From contig CADBOE010000053.1 of the NCBI GenBank assembly GCA_902796205.1, positions 1 to 48,722 of the forward strand: DNA of 48,722 bases, in the 5' to 3' direction. The translations under genes and the position numbers were made by a program. Under the pieces are notes generated by a model. It did not search any database, was not told the DNA's origin, and was given only the letters and a program-made list of their open reading frames with translations. Shown here piece by piece: positions 42,329 to 48,722 of this stretch. This DNA is from an uncultured Ruminococcus sp. GTDB taxonomy: Bacteria; Bacillota; Clostridia; UBA1212; UBA1255. How positions within the stretch are numbered: position 1 is the first letter of the stretch; each line of letters begins with the position of its first letter.

Positions 42329-43609
42329 GTGAAAAAAAGTTTTATCGACGCGCAAACGGCCCGCAGGCTCTCCTGCAAGTATCCGACGCCGTTTTACGTC
42401 TATGACGGGCAGGGGATCAGAAACGGCATCAGAGCGCTGAACGAGGCGTTTTCATGGTGCGGTGATTTCAAAGAGTATTTTGCCGTAAAGGCGTGTCCGA
42501 ATCCGTTCCTTATGAAGATCATCGCGGAAGAGGGATGCGGCATGGATTGCTCGTCATATTGCGAACTGATCCTTTCCGACAGCATAGGCGTCCGCGGAGA
42601 CCGGATAATGTTTTCTTCGAACGACACTCCCGCCGAGGATTTCGAGTACGCGAGAAAACTCGGAGCGATCATCAATCTTGACGACGAAACGCACGTCGCC
42701 TTTCTCGCCGAACACGGCGGCATACCGGAGGAGATCTGTCTCAGATACAATCCCGGCGGCGATTTTTCCATAAGCGGTTCCATTATGGGCAACCCGGGCG
42801 ACGCGAAATACGGCATGACCGAGGAGCAGCTGACGAGATCCGTGTCCGCGCTGATGAAAATGGGCGCGAAGCGCTTCGGCATCCATTCATTCCTTGCGTC
42901 CAACATGACGGAACCCGAATATTATCCCACGCTTGCCGGAATTCTTTTCGAGCTCGCCGTGAGGGTGAATGAAAAAACGGGAGCCGAGATTTCGTTCGTC
43001 AATCTCTCCGGCGGCATCGGAATACCGTACAGACCGGAGGAAACGGCTCCGGATCTCTCTTATATCGGCCGCCGCGTAAAAGAAAAATACGACGCCGTCA
43101 TTGTTCCTTCGCGCATAAAAAAGCTTTCGATAAAAACGGAGCTCGGCCGCTATATAACAGGACCTCACGGGATCCTTGTTACAAAAGCGATACACGTAAA
43201 ACATATATACAAAGAATACATAGGAGTGGACGCCTGCGCGGCGAATCTCATGCGCCCCGCCATGTACGGCGCGTATCACCATATAACCGTTCTCGGCAAG
43301 GAAAACGAGGCGTGCGACCGCAAATACGACGTCACCGGCGGGCTTTGCGAGAACAACGACAAATTCGCCGTCGACAGGATGCTTCCGGAAATAGTTCCGG
43401 GCGATCTTCTTGCCATTCACGACGCGGGTGCGCACGGCTATTCGATGGGGTATAATTACAACGGAAAGCTCCGCTGCGCCGAGATCCTGCTGAAGCCGGA
43501 CGGCTCGGACGAGCTTATCAGAAGAGCGGAGACGCCGGCGGATTATTTTGCCACGTTCGATTTCTGCGATATAATAAAGCCGGAGTTTTCAGAACGGGAA
43601 CGTTTATGA
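42329..43609 (+). CDS. lysA: Diaminopimelate decarboxylase (group IV PLP-dependent decarboxylase)
   Basis: PTPFYVYD, PLP-lysine motif FAVKACPNP, GGIGIPY, GGLCENND. GTG start. Assignment to lysA rather than another Orn/DAP/Arg-family member is from overall resemblance only. Confidence 0.75.
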   Translation: MKKSFIDAQTARRLSCKYPTPFYVYDGQGIRNGIRALNEAFSWCGDFKEYFAVKACPNPFLMKIIAEEGCGMDCSSYCELILSDSIGVRGDRIMFSSNDTPAEDFEYARKLGAIINLDDETHVAFLAEHGGIPEEICLRYNPGGDFSISGSIMGNPGDAKYGMTEEQLTRSVSALMKMGAKRFGIHSFLASNMTEPEYYPTLAGILFELAVRVNEKTGAEISFVNLSGGIGIPYRPEETAPDLSYIGRRVKEKYDAVIVPSRIKKLSIKTELGRYITGPHGILVTKAIHVKHIYKEYIGVDACAANLMRPAMYGAYHHITVLGKENEACDRKYDVTGGLCENNDKFAVDRMLPEIVPGDLLAIHDAGAHGYSMGYNYNGKLRCAEILLKPDGSDELIRRAETPADYFATFDFCDIIKPEFSERERL

Positions 43610-43639
43610 CCGGCGAAAAGGCGGACAGGAGGGATCGCA

Positions 43640-44260
43640 TTGATTGATGAGAATATTAACGCGGACGGAGGCGCAAACGGCGGAAAGCACGCAGCGGCGA
43701 ACGGCGGAAGCCTGAACAGGGACATTGCCGACCGCATAAGGGAGCTTCGCGAGGTATGCGATATGGAGCGCGCCGAGCTTGCCGGCCTGCTCAAGCTCTC
43801 GCCGGAAGAGTATGCTCTTTACGAGGACGGCGAAAAAGATTTCCCGGTGAGCTTCCTGTATGAGATCGCGGCCGTTTTTCACGTTGATCTGACCGAGCTG
43901 CTCACGGGAACAGCGCCTAAGCTGGCGAACTGCTCCATCGTCCGCAGGGGCGAGGGAATAGCCGTCGACCGCTATGAGGGCTACGATTTCGAGAGCATCG
44001 CGTATAAATTTATCGGACGCCGCGCCGAGCCGATGATAGTCACGGTCGGACCGGAGACGGAAAACGATCCGCCGGAGCTCGTTTCGCACTCGGGGCAGGA
44101 ATTCAATTTCGTGCTCGAAGGGCAGATCACGGTTTTGTTCGGCGAGCGGAGGTTCCTTCTCGGCGAGGGCGACTGCTTCTATTTCGATCCGGAGATACCT
44201 CACGCACAGTGCGCCGCCGGAGGGAAGGGCGCGCGCTTCCTGACCGTTATCATGCCGTGA
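43640..44260 (+). CDS. XRE-family HTH transcriptional regulator with C-terminal cupin domain
   Basis: HTH region RIRELREVCDMERAELAGLLKLSPEEYALYEDGEKD and cupin GQEFNFVLEGQITVLFGERRFLLGEGDCFYFDPEIPH. TTG start 6 nt after AGGAGGG. Confidence 0.8.
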   Translation: MIDENINADGGANGGKHAAANGGSLNRDIADRIRELREVCDMERAELAGLLKLSPEEYALYEDGEKDFPVSFLYEIAAVFHVDLTELLTGTAPKLANCSIVRRGEGIAVDRYEGYDFESIAYKFIGRRAEPMIVTVGPETENDPPELVSHSGQEFNFVLEGQITVLFGERRFLLGEGDCFYFDPEIPHAQCAAGGKGARFLTVIMP

Positions 44261-44293
44261 CGGCGCCGGTGCCCGACTTGAACAGAGGACTTT

Positions 44294-45988
44294 ATGAAAG
44301 ACGCATTGTTAAAGAGATTCGTGCCGAAGCTCGAATTCGGCTCGTATGAAGAATTCAAAAATAATTTCACGATAAACGTGCCTGACGGTTTCAATTTCGG
44401 CTTCGACGTCGTCGACGCGTGGACGGAGATCGAACCCGGAAAGAAAGCTCTCGTCTGGGTCAACGACGAAGGCGAGGAACGTATTTTCACGTTCGAGGAC
44501 GTCAGAGCGTATTCGAACCGCATCGCCAATTACTTCCGCTCCCTCGGACTCGCGAAGGGCGACCGCGTGATGCTGATCATGAAAAGGCGCTGGGAATACT
44601 GGATGACCGCCACCGCGCTCCACAAATCGGGGATAGTGATGATCCCCGCGTCGTTCCAGCTGACCGAAAAGGATCTCATATACCGGATAAACGCCGCGAA
44701 CGTGAAAATGATAATCACGGCGGAGGACGACAATATCATCGGCCACGTCGAAAATTCTCTCGGCAGGTGTCCCACGCTGAGATACAGGGCGCTCGTTACC
44801 GTAAAGGACGTATGCGCGCGCGACGGCTGGATGGATTTCCGCGCCGGCTTCATGAACGAAAGCGACGTTTTTGAGCGGCCCGTCGGCGCTGACGCTGTAA
44901 AAGCCGGCGACCCGATGCTTATCTATTTCACGTCCGGCACCACGGGAATGCCCAAGATGGTACTGCATCTTCAGAAATATCCGCTCGGGCACATCCTGAC
45001 TTCGAGATACTGGCAGCAGGTCGAGGACAACGGACTCCATCTGACCGTATCAGATTCCGGCTGGGCCAAATTCTCCTGGGGAAAGATATACGGAGCGTGG
45101 CTTTCCGGAAGCGCCGTTCTCGGATATGATATGGATAAGTTCGTGCCGGAAAAATTGCTCCGCGTCATCGAAAAATACCGCATCACGACGTTCTGCGCTC
45201 CCGCGACGATGTACAGGTTCATGATCAAGGAGGACATTTCGAGATTCGATCTTTCCTCCATCCATCATTGCTGCATGGCGGGAGAGCCGCTTAATCCGGC
45301 CGTTTTCGACCAGTGGGAGGCTCTTACCGGGCACAAGCTGTACGAGGGCTTCGGCCAGACCGAAACGCCCGTACTGATGGCGAATTTCGAATGGGTTACT
45401 CCGAAGCCGGGATCGACCGGCAAGCCCTCCGCGCTGTATGATATCGCTCTCGTGAACGAGGACGGCAAGGAATGCGAGATCGGCGAGGAGGGCGAGATCG
45501 TGATCCGCGGAGCGAAAAAGAATCCTCCCGTCGGACTGACGGCTGGATATCTCGGCGACGACGAGGCCAACGAAAAGCTCTGGCGCGGCGGCGATTTTCA
45601 TACAGGCGACAACGCCTGGATGGACGAGGACGGCTATATATGGTTTATCGGAAGGGTGGACGACGTGATCAAATGCTCCGGTTACAGGATAGGCCCGTTC
45701 GAGGTCGAATCCGCGCTGATGACGCATCCAGCCGTGCTTGAATGCGCAATTACCGCGGCGCCCGACCCGGTAAGGGGCCAGGTCGTGAAGGCGACCGTCG
45801 TTCTCGTGAAAAACAGAGGATACGAGCCGACGGACGAGCTCCGCAAGGAGCTTCAGAATCACGTGAAAAAAGTCACCGCTCCTTACAAATATCCGCGCAT
45901 ACTCGAATTCGTGGACGAGCTTCCGAAGACGGTAAGCGGAAAAATACGAAGAGCCGCCATAAGGCATAACGATGCGGAAAACAAATAA
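44294..45988 (+). CDS. AMP-forming acyl-CoA synthetase (medium-chain/ACSM-like adenylate-forming enzyme)
   Basis: AMP-binding motif IYFTSGTTGMPKMV, YEGFGQTE, GDFHTGDNAWMDEDGYIWFIGRVDDVIKCSGYRIGPFEVE, PKTVSGKIRR. Confidence 0.85.
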   Translation: MKDALLKRFVPKLEFGSYEEFKNNFTINVPDGFNFGFDVVDAWTEIEPGKKALVWVNDEGEERIFTFEDVRAYSNRIANYFRSLGLAKGDRVMLIMKRRWEYWMTATALHKSGIVMIPASFQLTEKDLIYRINAANVKMIITAEDDNIIGHVENSLGRCPTLRYRALVTVKDVCARDGWMDFRAGFMNESDVFERPVGADAVKAGDPMLIYFTSGTTGMPKMVLHLQKYPLGHILTSRYWQQVEDNGLHLTVSDSGWAKFSWGKIYGAWLSGSAVLGYDMDKFVPEKLLRVIEKYRITTFCAPATMYRFMIKEDISRFDLSSIHHCCMAGEPLNPAVFDQWEALTGHKLYEGFGQTETPVLMANFEWVTPKPGSTGKPSALYDIALVNEDGKECEIGEEGEIVIRGAKKNPPVGLTAGYLGDDEANEKLWRGGDFHTGDNAWMDEDGYIWFIGRVDDVIKCSGYRIGPFEVESALMTHPAVLECAITAAPDPVRGQVVKATVVLVKNRGYEPTDELRKELQNHVKKVTAPYKYPRILEFVDELPKTVSGKIRRAAIRHNDAENK

Positions 45989-46022
45989 CCGACCGATCGA
46001 CTGAAGAAGGGAAGATGAGATT

Positions 46023-46778
46023 ATGAAAAAAATTATTGTCGCAATCCTGATGCTGCTGCTCACGTCGGCGCTCCTGCTGACCGCCTGCGCTCCCAAGGAT
46101 AACGCGCCCGCGGCCGGAACGGACGCACCCGAAGGGACTTCCGCGCTGAATACGGCGGAAGCGACCGGCGAACCGGAGATCACCTCCGCTCCGACCGCCG
46201 GACCCACGGAAGAACCGACCGAAAAGCCCACCGACGCGCCTACCGAACCGCCTACGCCTTCACCGCTGCCGACTGCCGCGGATATTGAAAAAGGCAAGAA
46301 CGTGGCTTTGGACGCAGACGTTGAGGTATCGTCCAGCACCGGCGACGTGCACGTTCAATGGGGATGGTCGCGGGAATATATCAACGACGGCATCTACTGG
46401 AGCGCGGAGGATAACAGCTACGGCTGGACCACGGCCGTCGGCGTGAATACCGAGGATCCGGATCAGGATGAATGGGTACTTTTCACTCTTGCAAAATATA
46501 CGAACGTCGACAAGGTGATAGTATATCCCACAGTTGCCGCGTCGTGCTTCCCTGTGGAATTCATTATCGAAGTGTCGACGGACGGAAAGGAATTCACCAC
46601 CGTGGCGCGCAACGAGAATACGAAGGCGGCCGAAAGCGACGCTTCTCCCGTTGAGCTTACGTTTGACGCCGTTACCGCGAAATACGTGCGCTTTACCGCG
46701 ACGAAGCTGAATCCGGTGCTCTCGGGCAACGACGGCTATCTCTGCCAGCTCGGCGAGATCGAGATCTTCGCGGCATGA
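46023..46778 (+). CDS. Lipoprotein with PT linker and discoidin/F5-8 type C (galactose-binding-like, CBM32-like) domain
   Basis: Lipobox LLLTACAPK, a linker EPTEKPTDAPTEPPTPSP, then NVALDADVEVSS...YINDG...VDKVIVYP...FPVEFIIEVSTDGKEFTTV...AKYVRFTATKL...LCQLGEIEIF, typical of F5/8-C domains. Confidence 0.7.
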   Translation: MKKIIVAILMLLLTSALLLTACAPKDNAPAAGTDAPEGTSALNTAEATGEPEITSAPTAGPTEEPTEKPTDAPTEPPTPSPLPTAADIEKGKNVALDADVEVSSSTGDVHVQWGWSREYINDGIYWSAEDNSYGWTTAVGVNTEDPDQDEWVLFTLAKYTNVDKVIVYPTVAASCFPVEFIIEVSTDGKEFTTVARNENTKAAESDASPVELTFDAVTAKYVRFTATKLNPVLSGNDGYLCQLGEIEIFAA

Positions 46779-46819
46779 TTTTCAAGGCCGCGAGGTCCTG
46801 CGGATAACAACTGAAACTG

Positions 46820-46866
46820 AAAGACCGCCCCGCGTCCGTCCGGCGCGAGGCGGTCCTTTCTTTTAC
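46820..46866. terminator. Bidirectional terminator between convergent genes
   Basis: Stem GACCGCCCCGCG / CGCGAGGCGGTC (12 bp, one mismatch) with a 9-nt loop. CTTTCTTTT follows on the plus strand and a T-rich run on the minus strand. Confidence 0.6.
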
Positions 46867-46879
46867 GTGATAGCGCGCG

Positions 46880-48709
46880 TTACGGCTTTTTCGCGATCCC
46901 GAATTTTCCGCTGTCAAGGTCGGCCGTTATCACGGTTCCGTCGGAGAAGAACGTCCGCTGAATGCGGTAATTGCCGTCGACGAACTCGTGCCTGACCATT
47001 TCCTCGTAAGCCAGCCTGCCGGAGCTTTCGCAGGCTTTTTTTACGTCCCCGATCTCGGCCGCGGTCGCTCCTATCGGACAGTAAACCGGCTCGCCGTACA
47101 GTATCGCGTACGTGTATGCGGAATCTGCCGCCGGAATGCACCAGCCGCCGCGTTCGCCCGGCAGACCGATCCACGGGATGATCAGGCAGTCGTGGTAAAC
47201 GAGGCTCAGAAGCGGAATGGGAATTCCCACCGCCTCCGATTCGCATCCTCCGAGCTCCGCGACGTAGAACGGCGCGTGGTGGCAGAGCACGAGCGAGGGT
47301 ATTATGCAGTCGAGAGCTTCTTCGGAAGAAGGAATGATGCCCCGGTCCGTCAGCATATCGAGGCAGTGGCGCCTGTTTTTCGCGCATTGGGCCCGCGTGG
47401 CGGGGTGGTCCGGATTATAACATTCATCCATTTCGACGACGGAGAAAACGTCGAGGTACGACGCCTCGATCTTTATTCCGAGCTCCTCGAAACGGTTGTA
47501 GTTCCGTCTTACGTAATCGGGCGCCAGCCCGGAGCAGAGATACGTCTGGGAACCGCCGCACCAATACGAATGATACGGATGATTCCCGGCGGCGTCCTCC
47601 ACCGCCTCGTCGATATCGAAGTCGGGATTGTCATAATAATAATCCCTGTATTGATCGTGTATTCCGAAAACGTAACCGATCTCGCGGCACGTGTCGGACA
47701 ATTTCGCCATTCCCGCGGCGCCGCCGGCGCCTTCGTGAGGAGGGAAGGGGGACGGATGAAGATTGTCATAACCGTGAAAGCCCCACCCGTCGAAATGCGT
47801 ATATGCCCGTTCGAGACCGGATTCTTTCAGCTTGCGCAGCTCTTGCGCGCGTTCTTCGAACGTGACGAAGCTGTCGTTCGCTTCCGGATTATCTGGATCG
47901 TAAAAATGAGATTCAGGCGTGTTGTGGTAGGCGATCCCGGCGTGGATAACGGGCACGCCGATCACTCTTTCGACGTTTGGATTTCTTACGGCTTTTTCCT
48001 TCAGGGTGACGAGCATGCCGCGCTCTTTAAGATAGGAGCGGTAGCATTTCGCTATCGTGTTGTAGTCGCAATTTTCGCGGAAGCAATACCGCATCCTTCT
48101 CGCGTAGTTCATCCTGCCGAGCGAATTGCGGAAGAGCGGAAGCACCTGATCCTCGGTAACCGTATATTTCGCGTCGAACGGCGTCTCGTATATGGCGGCA
48201 TAGCCTGAGTCGCCGCGGACCTGCCCGAAGAGCGGCATATAGCCGTCGCGCTCATAGATCTGACCGTCTGCGATCACCAGCGGAACGCCGGCGGGGAACA
48301 GGCTGCCGTGCATTCTCGGAAGAACGGTATATCCCTCTCCCGGCGACGCGCCGAAGTCAACGGGACCGGGGAACGATACGTGATCGATCTCGTTCATTCC
48401 GTCTCCCGTCAGGAACAACTGGAATACGGCGTCGGACGTGTCCCGGTCGAGCCTGACCTGCACGTTCGCTCTGATCCCCGAACCTTCGAATCCGCCGTAA
48501 ACGATCTTCAGGCCGTCGGCCGTGCCGGAGCGGTAGAAGCTTACCGATTCCGGCTTCGGGAACGGTATCGTCCGGCCGTCGCCGAACCTGACGTAAGGTC
48601 TGTGGGTCATCGTCCAGCTGCTTCCGCCCGGAAGCGTGAACGTGTAGCGGAAAACGTCCGGTATCGCGGAAAGCGTCAATCCGCCGCTTTTGAGTTCGAA
48701 AATATCCAT
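46880..48709 (-). CDS. Cytoplasmic protein of unknown function, putative GH-like TIM-barrel enzyme (609 aa)
   Basis: No signal peptide, with GGAG 9 nt upstream of the ATG. The segment THFDGWGFHGYDNLHPSPFPPHEGAGGAAGMAKL...FGIHDQYRDYY resembles catalytic-core patterns of GH31/GH101/GH129-like enzymes and loosely parallels the 26499-28997 protein. Confidence 0.5.
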   Translation of the reverse strand: MDIFELKSGGLTLSAIPDVFRYTFTLPGGSSWTMTHRPYVRFGDGRTIPFPKPESVSFYRSGTADGLKIVYGGFEGSGIRANVQVRLDRDTSDAVFQLFLTGDGMNEIDHVSFPGPVDFGASPGEGYTVLPRMHGSLFPAGVPLVIADGQIYERDGYMPLFGQVRGDSGYAAIYETPFDAKYTVTEDQVLPLFRNSLGRMNYARRMRYCFRENCDYNTIAKCYRSYLKERGMLVTLKEKAVRNPNVERVIGVPVIHAGIAYHNTPESHFYDPDNPEANDSFVTFEERAQELRKLKESGLERAYTHFDGWGFHGYDNLHPSPFPPHEGAGGAAGMAKLSDTCREIGYVFGIHDQYRDYYYDNPDFDIDEAVEDAAGNHPYHSYWCGGSQTYLCSGLAPDYVRRNYNRFEELGIKIEASYLDVFSVVEMDECYNPDHPATRAQCAKNRRHCLDMLTDRGIIPSSEEALDCIIPSLVLCHHAPFYVAELGGCESEAVGIPIPLLSLVYHDCLIIPWIGLPGERGGWCIPAADSAYTYAILYGEPVYCPIGATAAEIGDVKKACESSGRLAYEEMVRHEFVDGNYRIQRTFFSDGTVITADLDSGKFGIAKKP

Positions 48710-48722
48710 TGATGTCAGCTCC

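Noticed and set aside
45050-48208. 429-aa minus-strand ORF (45050-46339) and 406-aa plus-strand ORF (46988-48208)
   Set aside because: They are antisense to the acyl-CoA synthetase/discoidin genes and to the 609-aa gene. The synthetase strand is fixed by its AMP-binding motifs. The antisense products are Arg/Val/Gly-rich with no motifs.
1-48722. Mobile elements, prophage or integrative islands
   Set aside because: I found no transposase, integrase, recombinase, terminal inverted repeat or tRNA attachment site. The accessory-looking genes sit between housekeeping operons with no visible boundaries.

Overview
A 48.7-kb chromosomal segment from a GC-rich Gram-positive bacterium. Clostridia-like traits include GGAGG ribosome-binding sites, a clostridial 2x[4Fe-4S] ferredoxin, yabB-rsmI and rbgA-rnhB synteny, an L-box and a CotH gene. 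I support about 42 protein-coding genes, one lysine riboswitch, several near-consensus sigma-70 promoters, several intrinsic terminators and two short tandem-repeat patches. I saw no rRNA, tRNA, CRISPR array, transposase, integrase or phage gene. Housekeeping islands are tRNA/rRNA methyltransferases plus an NdpA-like protein, pepV, a Nudix gene, the L-box-controlled asd-dapA-dapB operon, metA, rbgA-rnhB-engB and lysA. Between them lie cell-surface and glycan genes: a barnase/barstar pair at the left edge, aqpZ coupled to a membrane-anchored CotH, secreted lipoproteins, an ECF sigma factor with a large membrane partner, an LRR lipoprotein and a discoidin lipoprotein. The main accessory block is a ~16.5-kb carbohydrate locus (19.3-35.9 kb). 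Its first five translationally coupled genes are a TM-anchored fusion of two CBM-like modules to a solute-binding domain, two permeases, an NHL-TPR-Yip1 membrane fusion and a DUF5696-like ectoprotein. This module is my best candidate for an uncharacterised system. It is followed by a second permease pair, two lipoprotein binding proteins and a cytoplasmic GH-like enzyme, with no ATPase or regulator in the locus. All homology calls come from motif recognition by eye, with no database search. RNA and promoter boundaries are approximate. Many long ORFs in the track are antisense shadows of real genes and were rejected.
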